From Selaginella moellendorffii (Eukaryota; Plantae; Lycopodiophyta), in the NCBI RefSeq assembly GCF_000143415.4, contig NW_003314266.1, forward strand, positions 2,461,856 to 2,525,855: a stretch of 64,000 nucleotides of DNA, read 5' to 3'. The notes beneath the pieces were generated by a model, which worked only from the letters and a program-made list of their open reading frames with translations, was not told the DNA's origin and did no database searches. Shown piece after piece: positions 39,081-50,424 of this stretch (its first letter is position 1; each line of letters begins with the position of its first letter). A program made the translations under genes and the position numbers.

Positions 39081-40997
39081 GATGGCATGTATTTATTTAA
39101 AAATGTAACTTATTATTGCATGGGGTTCCATGCCATTGTATTAATATTAAAAGACAATTCTTTGAGAGGATTTGCATTATACTAGAAGTGTTACAGCATG
39201 TTATTGGAAGTCTACGAAGTTGTTTTATTAATAAGGGGAAAGTAAAGATTGAATGGGGACTTGGGCTCCACCTAGACTCGGAGCAACTGAGCCAATATTA
39301 AAAGGATGGAAAGAAATTGGATGACGATGACAAGGAGAAGAGAGAGGTGAAGTAGTGGCAGGGGGAGGAGAAGTGATTGAGTAGACATTTCCTTGTTTAA
39401 AATACAATGGCATGTGCCTCAATGCAGTTGAATTTTGTTATATTTATATACTATATAAAGGTTTGGAAACTTTATTTTACAAGTGGGATAATAACAATTC
39501 CCACTTTAACGAAATAGAGCTTCTTTTCTTTTCCTTTTAGCTGTGGGTTCTCTAATCTAGACCATTTCCAATTAAGAACCATATAAAATATTTAATTTTC
39601 TTTTATGCTAATGACCTATTATACAATAGTAACAAGTTTCCCTCTGAAGGATAAATTTGATTATATGGATAGCTTGTTTCTTAAAAGATTGATTTAGGCT
39701 AACCAGTGTAAGAGAAAGAATTCAAAAGATTTTCTAAGAAAATGTAATATATTTTTTATAATTTATAGTATATAAATATAAATTATTAAAGAAAACCAAG
39801 CAGAACACAAAAAAAATATTTTTTTATTTTGTAAGATTTAAACTTATCCTATTAAAATTTACAACAATAAAGAAATTTAAACTAAGAAAATAATTAGTTT
39901 TTGGCTTGTTTATTTGGATATTTTCTAGAACATGCTAAAATATTCTACTAGCTATATGTTTCAAGATAGTTTTATAGCAATTCAATAAAGTGGAAAACAT
40001 GAAAGAGTTGGAATTGAAACTTACATTATGCATGCTAGAGTAATCTTGTAAATATGAGATTAAAAAAAATTTATTTCTAACTTTGATTAATATTTAGAAA
40101 AGACAAATAATGCTTCTTGCAATGCACACTAATTTATTTCAATATAATAGAAGTTTATTTGATGGTATAAAAAGTTGTATATGTCATAAGTGTGTTTATG
40201 GAAATATAAAAATCAAAAGAATGGGAGAACTGTATTGCATACTCTAAGTACAAAAGTATAGAAACTTTACTTTTTAACAAGTTTTGTTTTGTATAGAAGT
40301 CTCTCATGTGCATTAAAACGAATTGTAGTAAAAAATATTTTAAAATTATAAATTAAAATTAAGGTGTGATTTTAAGGAATTACATTGAATTGTTAGGTTT
40401 TGTCAAATGCTAGTATTAGATGTGATGTAAGACAGTATTATGCCAAATTAAAACTTGTCGTTATGTAACTTTACCAAGGTATATTAGCAGCTGTATATAC
40501 TACATACAGCAATGTCTACATATTATACCCAGGTATTGGGCATTGTTTTACCAAAACCTTGCATGGTGCCAAATGACCCTTAAAAACATGTAGCACAAAT
40601 GCTACATACAATGTACTAACTTAGTGGCACTAAGTTCTGCAATGTTTAGCTCTTCGCGTCTATGTGTGACATGCCTGTAGAGCATGTCTGAAGCAATGGA
40701 GACGATGCTCCTCTCCTTCGTTATCGCTCACACTAGATCGACGTGGTTGGACGTTTCCAGATGCCCCAGCGAAGATAGATCCCTGACCAGACTTCCACGC
40801 AATTGGCACCCTTGAGAGCCTGTGGTGCTGATCAGATCCATGGCATTCTGCGCGATCGGCTCCTGGTGCCACTGGTCCGTCTTAGCCTTCCAGTAATTCT
40901 TTGAAACTCCAGCCGATGTAAGAAAAAACGTATTAATTAGCTCCGCTTTCGAATCGACAATATAAAGAAGCCCTTCTCTATACATACACGAATCTCT

Positions 40998-42178
40998 TCA
41001 AGAACGCGCACGCTCTGCACGAAAGAAACACCACCCGGAGTTTAAACAGAGAAGAAAGGACGAGTTGATAGCAAACTTACGCCATTCTTGAAGAGACTTT
41101 CGGTGAGCGGAGTTGACACTGATCTTTGGGCGGTGTCGCTTGATCAGACTCTCGCCTTCCTTCCAATCGTCCACCACGCCCAGTGCCACCAGCAGCGCAC
41201 ACATAACAGCCACACTACGCCCATGACCTGTTCACCAACAAGAAGCATCCAAATCCTCAAAATCCTGCCAGCCAAGAGCACAAATCCAAATGCACGTAGA
41301 TAAAAATCCGAGGAAGAGAGAGGAAAAGATCATCAATGCTGAAATAGAAGACGAACAACATGCCAATAAAAAAAATGCTGAAAGAAGACAATCAAAACAT
41401 TGCTTTCGACTGTATCAACCTGGATTGTAATCGCTAAACAAAGTAAGAAGAAGAAAACCAAGAAGAACGAAGTCTAGGTACTTGGATGGAGAGAAGAAAG
41501 AGTGCTATCAAATCTACTTGGATTGAGAGAAGAAAGAGTGCTATCAAATCTACTTGGATGGAGAGAAGAAAGAGTGATCAAATCTACTTGGATGGAGAGA
41601 AGAAAGAGTGCTATCAAATCTACTTGGATGGAAAGCTTACCTTTGGCACAGTGGATGAAAACAGGATGGCTCTGGGAGCGCTGGACGAGAGCCCAGCGCA
41701 CGGCTAGCTCAATGCTCTCTGGCGATAGCGCTCTGGTATCCCAGGCCGGGACGCACAGATAGGGAAGCTCCAATCCCACCGTCCTGGGCAGCTCGTTGGT
41801 GCAATCCAAAATCGCGGGATTGCCCGGAGGGATGTGCTCGCGCTGGAACGGCCACGCGCCCACGAACAATCCATCGCAAACCTCCGTGTAGGTGGCCTCG
41901 AGCCCCGCGCGCCGGCGGAATCGGACGTAGAGCCGCGTACCGGCGAGGTAGGGATAGAAGAGGAAAGAGCTCCAGATCGGGAAGGAGCCGCGCGAGGATT
42001 TGGCGAGGATGCGCGGATTATCGATGCGCGGGTGGGAGAAGAGCGCTACAGTGAATCCGATGAGCGACGTGTGGAGGAGAGGGAGGAGGAAGATCCGGTT
42101 GCTGACGACGCCGAGCAATGCCGCCCCCACCGCGAGGATGAGCGCCGCGGGAATGCCCACCGCTAGTGAAAGTCCCAT
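40998..42178 (-). CDS. Membrane-anchored dual-specificity phosphatase (YnbD-like); exons 42178-41641, 41227-41081, 41014-40998
   Basis: Splicing builds the HCAKGHGRS catalytic motif; DCTNELPR and PAWD motifs; hydrophobic N-terminus. Confidence 0.88.
41479..41631. repeat. 36-bp minisatellite (about 4 copies) in intron 1 of the phosphatase
   Basis: TACTTGGATGGAGAGAAGAAAGAGTGCTATCAAATC repeated. Confidence 0.9.
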
Positions 42179-42476
42179 GAGCCCAAGAACCCTAAAACCA
42201 GCCTAACTTTACTCTTTAGAAGTATATACTTTATTTCTAGGGTTCTTCGAAGAACTTTAGTTTTAGGGTTCTTCGGAGAACTTAGAAGTATATTTTAAAT
42301 CACCTGTACAAGTAACTTCTTACAAAGCAAAGTAGGATTCGAGGTTCTTCCTTCTGCGAATTTCACTTAGCGCTACAAGGTTAGCTCATCACAACAAAAA
42401 AGCTTCTCCGGATCACTCTAGCTCGCTTAAAAGATATCGATCGACGAATCTTTACCTTTGGCGAGGACAATCACGC

Positions 42477-43693
42477 TTACTCGAGAACTTGCACGGACGC
42501 TGGGTCCTTGGGGCCACAGCCATCCATGAGCGACAGTGGTGTATTATACACGACCCACCATTTGCGTACGAGCTCTTTCACGTCCTCACGATCCATGTTT
42601 GCGCCCTCTCCGGTGTAAGCCCAAGGCTTGGATCCCTGTCGCCACCGAGTAAAAGTTTTCAATCGATTCTCCAAGCTTGAAGGAAGCTTTCGAGCTAGAC
42701 AAGAACTTAGAAACTCTGAAACTTACCGTAGCGCAGTAGTGGATCACTTTGGTCTTGGCCAGGTTGACGTTCTCGGGGTGCCTCCACAGCATCGCCAGCA
42801 CCAAGTTATACGCGTTTGGAACCGGCCGGAAGGCGTCCTGGAAGAACAAGTTGAGGAAATCCTGCCATAGAGCAGCCAGTGGTTTTTCGAGAGAAAGTTT
42901 TGGAAGCTTGAGTTTTACCTGTTCTGCGAATGGTGTGGGGGGATTCTTGGCCAGGGCTTCCATCATCCGGCCGAAAGTCTTGCTACTCGGCTCGAAGACG
43001 AACATCCCGGCATTGAAGTACGGCTTTGGGGGCTCGCCGAGGGCGAAGTTCCAGGGGACTCGGTCGGGGCACTGCTGGCAGTAGCCGAGCTTGAACTGGG
43101 GAGTGTGGCTCCACGTCTTCTCGCAGAAGCAGTCTTTCACGGCGGTGAAGGATCCGGGCGGCGAGAGATCGAAGAGCTCGTCGATGTTCTCAAAAACCAT
43201 CATGTCCGCGTCGAGATACAAGAGCTGATCGTAGTCCTCGAACTGGACAAGAAAGTACGCCACAAATAAAAAGGGAGAGAAGAGAGCGAACAAAGAAAAC
43301 CAAGAACGCGCAAGAACACAAGCAGCGACACGAATCCGATCGAAAGACGACGGCTTTGAGGAACCCAGTAGCGAATCCGTGGCGGAAAAGAGAGAGCTCA
43401 CTCACCTCCCACATCCGGAGCTTGGAGTAATTGATGACATAGTGGGGCATCGCGAAGGCGCAGACTCCCGGCGGCGGGAGAACCGGCTGGATGGATCGCA
43501 CATTGCAGCCGTGCGCGAGGAGGAGATCGGTGTGGCGGCGCGGGACATCCGGAAGAACACTGACGACGAGCTCGTATCTCGAGTCGACGAGGCGGAGGCT
43601 CTTGGAGAGGCCGATCACTCCTTTGGTGTAATCGCCATCGCCGGCGAGGAAGGTGACAAAGGCCCGCCGCTTCTCTTCGCCTTGTTGAGGCAT
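42477..43693 (-). CDS. GolS: Galactinol synthase (GT8); exons 43693-43406, 43242-42919, 42861-42727, 42635-42477
   Basis: AFVTFLAGDGDY, YVINYSKLRMWE, YLDAD, DCFCEKTWSHTPQ, YFNAGMF, FAEQDFLN and HYCATGSKPW motifs; canonical splice sites. Confidence 0.93.
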
Positions 43694-44258
43694 CACACAG
43701 GGAGGAGAAAAAATAACGAAGGAGGAGAATTTGTAAGGTATCTTCTATGGATCTTTACTGATTCCGGTGATCTAATCGGAATGGACAGCTGGCAGGCTTT
43801 GGGTTAATTATATTCCCGGAGAATCTAGCAGCATCTATTTCTTTTGCCCTGTCGGATATCTGCCAAGTGGCCCTAGATAGTAATCTTGGTTACGATGTAC
43901 TTTATTATTTTTTATAATTTTTTATCGATGTTTGTTTTGAGCTTGCTACCAGATGGAGATTATTTGAAAAATATAAACTCACATCTCTCGTTTGCATGCT
44001 AGAATTAAGCCCAGTTGTAGTGGCAATTTTTTGTAAAAAGTAAGGATGCACTAAAGAGTGAAAATTCAAAGCAATTGTTACTTTTTTTATATTTTGACAG
44101 TTAGAGGAAATACAGAAAGTAAGGCTTTTAAATCTTGTCTTTTATGACCAAGAGAGTACATATATTTAAATTATAAATCAAATAGGAGCTATTATTAACA
44201 TATAAACATATAAATGTTTTTATTTGCTGAAGTATTTTCTATTTATTGCACCCATACA

Positions 44259-44711
44259 ATGATTCTAGTGATTATGCTTTTGCTAATACTAATTCCTTTG
44301 GAGGTAATTAATTTTAACTTGTTCATTTACAGGAGTGCTTTTGAAATTTTTACAAAGTTTTAACAGGCTGGACAGTTTTCAAAGACGTGTTATAACGTAA
44401 GACTGTGGTACCATGGGGAGCTGTGGGCAAACTGTGAGCCTTCTGGGCAATCAAGCAAAATTCCTCTAGACAACTATGTATCCAATGACAATGGCGAGAT
44501 GGTTGTGCCTGGGAATGGTTTCTCCCAATACTGTTATCTCTTCCAAATTTTTGACATAAACACTAATAATCCTGAGGATGCTCTGAGGCCTCCAAAAGGA
44601 CTTGGAGCTTGGTGCAAGAATGAGCACAACAAGGATGAGTGGTCTAGTATTGTCCTTGACGACTACATAGAAAACATTGACGGAAATATCCAATGGACTG
44701 GCCCAATCTAA
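44259..44711 (+). CDS. Secreted cyanovirin-N homolog (CVNH) lectin, 129 aa; exons 44259-44303 and 44367-44711
   Basis: Signal peptide MILVIMLLLILIPLE-A; phase-0 GT-AG intron 44304-44366; two CVNH half-repeats (FSKTC...C...SKIPLDNYVSNDNG and FSQYC...C...SSIVLDDYIENIDGNIQW); TATA-like motifs at 44201-44215. Confidence 0.85.
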
Positions 44712-44942
44712 CATAGAACAAGTGAGTGCTTTTTATTCACTAACACACCATCTAAGTACTAACGCCTAGCGAAATTATAATATTAATAGATATAAAAGTA
44801 ACTAAATAGTGAATATATGACCAATTGTAAAAGCGAGCATAAATAGAGAATATTCTCACTGCCGAAATTAGGTAAAGCACGAGATAATTTTTCAAATTCA
44901 AATTGTGCCCTGTTTTTAGGGTTCTTGCGAGAAGAATGAGCA

Positions 44943-47770
44943 ATGGCCGCTGCCAATGCTGCCGCCGCCGCCGCCGCATTCTCTACACCGCGCCACCGGC
45001 GACGCGAGCGCTCAGGTGGGTTCCCAGAACCGCAGCTCAGCTCTACTTTCCTCCCCTCGCGCTTCCATTTCCAGCGTGAAAACACACACGAGCAGCAGCA
45101 ATGCGGCGGCGATGGCCAACGTCGAAAGCCGCCGCTCGTCCGCGCGGAGGTCTCGACGGTGGTGCGCAAGCCCCGCAGCGGCGTCTTCAAGAAGCCCACC
45201 ATGATCGTGGACGCCATCACGGTGGAGAAGGGCAAGTACGGCTACGAGATCGAGTCGTGCATCAACTCGCTGAGCCAGCTCCCGCCGCGCGGAAGCGTGA
45301 CGCGCTGCATGGACCTCTACCGCAGCAAGCTCACGATGCAGGACTTCTCGCTCATCTTCCGCGAGTTCGCGGCGCGCAGCGACTGGCACCGAGCGCTCCG
45401 GCTCTTCAAGTACATGCAGCGCCAGCAGTGGTGCAAGCCCACCGAGCACATCTACACCATCATGATCGGGATCATGGGCCGCGAGGGGCTGCTCGAGAAG
45501 TGCTCGGAGATCTTCGAGGACATGCCGGAGAACGACGTCAAGTGGAACGTCTACGCTTTCACGGCCTTGATCAATGCTTACGGACGAAACGGGCAGTATG
45601 AAGCATCGCTCCATCTCCTGGCCAGGATGAAGAAGGAGCAAGTGGAGCCGAATCTCATCACTTACAACACGGTTCTAAACGCTTGCTCGAAAGGTGGCCT
45701 CGACTGGGAGGGACTGCTCAATCTCTTCGCGCAGATGCGGCACGAAGGCATCCAGCCGGATCTTATCACGTACAACACGCTCCTCTCGGCGTGTTCTTCG
45801 CGGGGTCTCGTGGAGCAAGCCGCGATGGTGTTCAAGACGATGAACGAGTCCGGAGTGGTGGCCGACGCCGTGACTTACAAGTCCCTCGTCGACACCTTTG
45901 CGGGATCCAACCAGCTGGGCCGAGTCGAGGAGCTCCTCCGGGAGATGGAGGACGAAGGCAATCCTCCCGACATCGCTGGATACAACTCTTTGATCGAAGC
46001 TTACGCCGACGCCGGGAACGTCCACGGCGCCGCTGGAGTGTTCAAGCAGATGCAGCGAGGCGGCTGCGCTCCCGACGTCGAGACTTACTCCACGCTCCTC
46101 CGGATCTACGGTAACCAGGGATGCTTCGAGCAAGTTCGCTCGCTCTTCTCGGACATGAAAGATCTCTCGACGCCACCCACGGTGGCGACTTACAACTCGC
46201 TCATACAAGTGTTTGGCGAGGGTGGTTACTTCCAGGAGTCGATCAATCTCTTCCACGACATGGTGGACAGTGGAGTGAAGCCGGACGATGCTACGTACTC
46301 GGCATTGCTCTCGGTTTGTGGGAGGGGAGGACTTACGAGAGAGGCCGCGAAGATCCATCAACACATGCTCACGAACGAGTCCACACCGAGCTTGGAGGCC
46401 TCGGCCGGGCTGATAAGCTCGTATGGAAAGATGGCCATGTACAAGGACGCGCTGGTTTCGTATTATAGGATCCGGGAGGCCGGGCTGGATCCACAGGTCT
46501 CGGCTTACGACGCTCTCATCCAAGGCTACGCGAAAGGTGGTCTTTACGTGGAAGCGGGGTCTACGCTCTACGCGATGAACAAGGCCGGGTTCCAAGCTCC
46601 GGTGTCCAGCGTGAACTCGGTTATGGAGGCTTACAGCAAGGTCGGGCTCCACGACGAGGCTCTGGAGTTTTTCTCCGAGTTGCAGCAAAAGGAGGGGAGT
46701 GAAGTGGACGAGAGGACGCACGAGACGCTGCTGGGGGTTTACTGCGATATGGGATTGCTCGAGGAGGCCAAGGAGGAGTTTGTCATCATCAAGGAGACGA
46801 GCAAAGTTCCCGGCGCTCGGGTCTACTGCTTGCTGCTCTCGCTGTGTGTGAGGCGAAGCAAGTAAGTTTTCTTCATCCTTCTTTGAGAGTTTTCGTGTTT
46901 GTTTCCTTGTTTGTTATGCTTGTTGATAGATCGTAGATGGTTTCTTGTTTGTCTTGCTTGTTTCTTCTAGCGAGTGTGATGGATCTTTGTTCTTTGCAGA
47001 TGGGACTACGCAACTCAGCTCCTAGACGAGATGATCGCGGCCGGGGGCCTCCACCAAGTAGTCGTGGGGATTGTGCGTGGCACTTACGATGCCGACTTTA
47101 GCTGGCAAGTCGTGGAGTACGCTTTCGACGGCCTCAAGCTCCGGGACATGGAAGAAAGCATGGACTTCTACAACGCACTCGTCGAGCTCCTCGTCTACTG
47201 CAACCAAAAGGCTCGGGCCGCCCGAGTTCTCGCCGATGCAATGCAGCGAGGAGCCTTCCCCGAGGCGTTCATCAAAACTCGTCGCGTTTGGTCCGTGAAC
47301 GTCCACAGGTAAGTGTTTTCCTCTCTAGTTTGTCTACCGGGGTTGATCTTCTCTTTGTTGCAGGATGTCCGCCGGTGCCACCGTCACTGCGCTGTCGACG
47401 TGGTTTAACGACTTGCAAGAATGCGAGAAGTTGCCTTTCATGACTTCCATCGTTGTCTCGTAAGTTTTCGCTCTTCGCAAGCTTTGAGATCATAGCTTTT
47501 CTCTCGTTTACCAGGTGTGGTGATATCGAAGATCACAGGAAAGTGGAGGACTTACCAGTAGCGAAAGTGGTGCAAGCGTTCCTCAAACACTACGCGGCGC
47601 CACTCGAGACGGCGTCCTGGAACGAAGGAAGGATAGTTTGCAAAGGCGAGGCGTTAAAGCCGTGGCTCTCGAGCATGCCTTCCTTCAGCGAGACTTACGT
47701 GAGAAACGAGCCTCTTCCGGCTCAACTAACAAAGCAGCTAGCGCAGTCCAAAGTTCCTTCTCTCAAATAG
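44943..47770 (+). CDS. PTAC2: Plastid PPR-SMR protein pTAC2; exons 44943-46861, 47000-47308, 47364-47459, 47515-47770
   Basis: VEKGKYGYEIE, LPPRGS and RLFKYMQRQQWCKPTEHIYTIMI signature; tandem P-class PPRs; SMR region WSVNVHRMS; transit-peptide-like N-terminus. Confidence 0.93.
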
Positions 47771-47876
47771 CTCTTTTGTGTACAGCGAAAGGAAGAAAGC
47801 GGCCATATACAAAACAAAAGAATAGAGAGACTCCTTCGATTTAAACCAAGTGTGTATGACAAACTTCTTTCTTTCT

Positions 47877-47966
47877 TTCTTCTTCCACTTTCTCTTTGTC
47901 TTCGAAAGCTTTTCCCTGTATTTCTTCTTCCACTTTTCTCTTTGTCTTCGAAAGCTTTTCCCTGTA
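47877..47966. repeat. ~45-bp tandem duplication between the convergent 3' ends of pTAC2 and the O-fucosyltransferase
   Basis: TTCTTCTTCCACTTT(T)CTCTTTGTCTTCGAAAGCTTTT(T)CCCTGTA occurs twice. Confidence 0.8.
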
Positions 47967-48217
47967 GGGGGGCCAGTCTCTAATCTTATCCCTTCACTTT
48001 TTCTCGCTTTGGCTAGCGAGAGCTCCTCGAGCATAGACTTTCTTTTTTGCCTCGATCGAGATCTTCTTCCAGCCCCGAGAACTTTTCCCTGTGCAGCCTC
48101 TCGACTTTTCAGACTGGTAAAAACTAGCGTACCTTGCGAGCTGTTGCTATATACAACTTTGGCGACAATCCCCCGGAAACTTGTCGTTGAGGGGGACAAA
48201 AATTTCTCCGTCCGCCG

Positions 48218-50424
48218 CTAATCCGAGAAAAGTGGCAGCTCTTCCGCTGCCGCTTCTCCTTCTGCGTGCAACACCTCCGTTTCATACGACCCCAGCTGGT
48301 CCTCGTCGAAATAGTTGTAGCTCGTGTCGTTGTAGCTGCCGCTTGGATCGACCGGACTGTGAGCTCCCACCCCCTTCTCACATATGCACGCCGCCGGATT
48401 CTCATGAAACTCTCCTCTTCCCTGCTTCATCTCGTTCGGCTCTCCCATGAAGCCTTTCTGGAACGTTTTCACTTTAGCCGCAAAAGCATCCCAAGGCATT
48501 TCGTGCCGAGCGAGGAAGAGGGACCCCAGTTTTTTCGTGTTTGGCCTGATCGTCCTCTTGTGCCCGTAGTAGCGCCTGTAAAACAGAAAAGAAAGCTTCG
48601 TGAGAAAAAGAGGGACCACCTAGCACGTAGTTGACATACCTCCGGCCAGCTAGTATACGAGCCATGTTGCCATTGTTGTTGGTGACGAACACGTTGCTCT
48701 CGTCCGAGACGATGTAGTCCAGCGCCGCCATTCTCGACGAGTAGTGCAAGAAAGGCTGGAGCTCCTCCTTGGTGGTCAGCGTTTCCTTGGTGAAGTAGTT
48801 CGGAAACAATGCCTTGAGCGGTGCCAGTGACTCCTCTCCACCATAAACTTCTCCTGACGCGACGTAGAGGTAGGAATCGTTGCCAAAGCCCAAGGCCCTG
48901 AGCATCAGGCCGACTTCTTTGGGTGTTAGCGGGCACTTTCCGTTTCTCCGCTCCCTTTCCGGGCTTCGGACGTGCAAAGTCTTCCATCGCTTACGAATCG
49001 CTCCGAGTTCTTTGATCTCTTTGTCACCTCCCCCGTAGTAGCAACCGGAAAAAGCTAGCATATCAGATCCGTATCTGCATACATCAGAGGCTTTCATGAA
49101 TGACAACACCGCTAAAAACAAAACATCAACCTCACCTCAAATGCAAGGCAATGTAGCGTTTGCTCATCTGTCTCATCCGGCTTACAAGGCTGTTTCCCAT
49201 ATTCAATATCTCAGGAGTGAACTGTAAGGCCCTGTAGTTCACCCGACATCTCAATCTTTGCAGCTCTGGCTCAAGTTTGTTGGCGAGTCTATAATCAAAT
49301 TTGGTCAGCCGCAGCACCTAACAGTCAAGTATTAGCCAAAGGATCTCTGGTTGGAGGCAAGTCTTGCGCCGTACCTTCTTCTTCTGCAAAATCGGGAGGA
49401 TTTTGCTCTGATAATATTGCGGTGTACATTTTCGCGGGACACGCATCGACGTGAGATGATTTCGCTTCAAATACTTTGATCTCGCTGCTGCCGGCAATTC
49501 TTTGACAACGGAAACATCGGACGTGAGCGACTTGATGAACCAGTCGACGTCGAATATGTCACTGAAGTTGCTGTTCAAACCCAAGCAATTGGTTAAGAGA
49601 GTGAATATGGATTCACGAATAAGCTACCTGTTGTCCTTCCAGTATGATTTGTGATCCAATCCTGGGACCACTAATGTAGCATTCAAGAGCCTGGCGGCAA
49701 CCACGGCGTCTGTTATCTGCACGGCAAGTTAGCAATGAGCGAACTCTTAATCGCAAGCCACACGGCCTACCCCAGTCCGTTGTTGGTTTAAGCCTCCACT
49801 CGCTTCAATCATCAGATACCCATTAGCTTTGGACGGAAATCCAACACCTGGAACGAGAGATGAGAAAAGTTGGTCGACTTTGGTAGTGGAAGAAAAGCAA
49901 CGAGCAAAAAAATATATATGAAGAAGAAGAACAAGAAGATTCTTAGTTCGAGTTTTTTTTCTTGCCTGAAAATGAAAATTCTTCCCTCGGCTCGCTGCAC
50001 CCGTAGAAAAATTTCGCAGACGGCGACTCCCAAATGCTGTCGGACGAAATATCGCCCTCGCTCTGCAAGAGTTTTCCCAAAAGCTCTATAAAATGGTGGT
50101 TTGATGTCACGTCTTACCGGCACATCTTGCAAATCCTGCGATCGTGCGAGCATGGGGTGGACGGTCCCTCGCTTCTGTCAAAGAGAAAAAAGCTAGATCG
50201 ATCGAGCGAGAAGAGCACAAAGAGAACACAGAAAAGATGAGCGAGGAGGGAATTTTTACCAATTGTATGAAGGGTCCCGAGTGGCGGTCAAGATCATGCA
50301 CGAGCATCGAAAGAAACGCCAGACCCAGCAGCGCCGAGGCGCAAATCATCACCAATGTGGAGATCGCCGCCGCTGGCAAGGGAGACATCCTAGACGAGGA
50401 GGAGGATTTCGGCTGCTTGGCCAT
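48218..50424 (-). CDS. O-fucosyltransferase family protein (GT106/DUF246), multi-exon
   Basis: NGYLMIEASGGLNQQRTG, FSDIFDVDWFI, LRCRVNYRAL, DMLAFSGC, GKCPLTPKEVGL and NNNGNMARILAGRRRY motifs; N-terminal TM helix; start codon uncertain. Confidence 0.9.

Larger units (their letters stand above)
31876..39522. mobile_element. 7.6-kb TIR DNA transposon, Sola-like (24-bp TIR, 4-bp TSD CTTT)
   Basis: AAGCTCTATTTCATTAAAGTGGGA at 31876 and its inverse with one mismatch ending at 39522; CTTT at 31872-31875 and 39523-39526; encloses a transposase-like ORF. Confidence 0.85.

Noticed and set aside
40618-40636. Palindrome TTAGTGGCACTAA shared with integrase intron 1
   Set aside because: A 13-bp match with no flanking similarity is compatible with chance.
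40660-40985. Small ORFs downstream of the phosphatase
   Set aside because: No recognisable domain or convincing splice structure; could be 3' UTR or a gene fragment.
45012-46721. Long antisense ORFs (209 and 348 aa) opposite pTAC2
   Set aside because: Shadow ORFs expected from GC3-rich codon usage; no recognisable motifs.
47738-48221. Lys-rich and Phe-rich ORFs between pTAC2 and the O-fucosyltransferase
   Set aside because: Produced by low-complexity CT-rich 3' UTR sequence and a tandem duplication.
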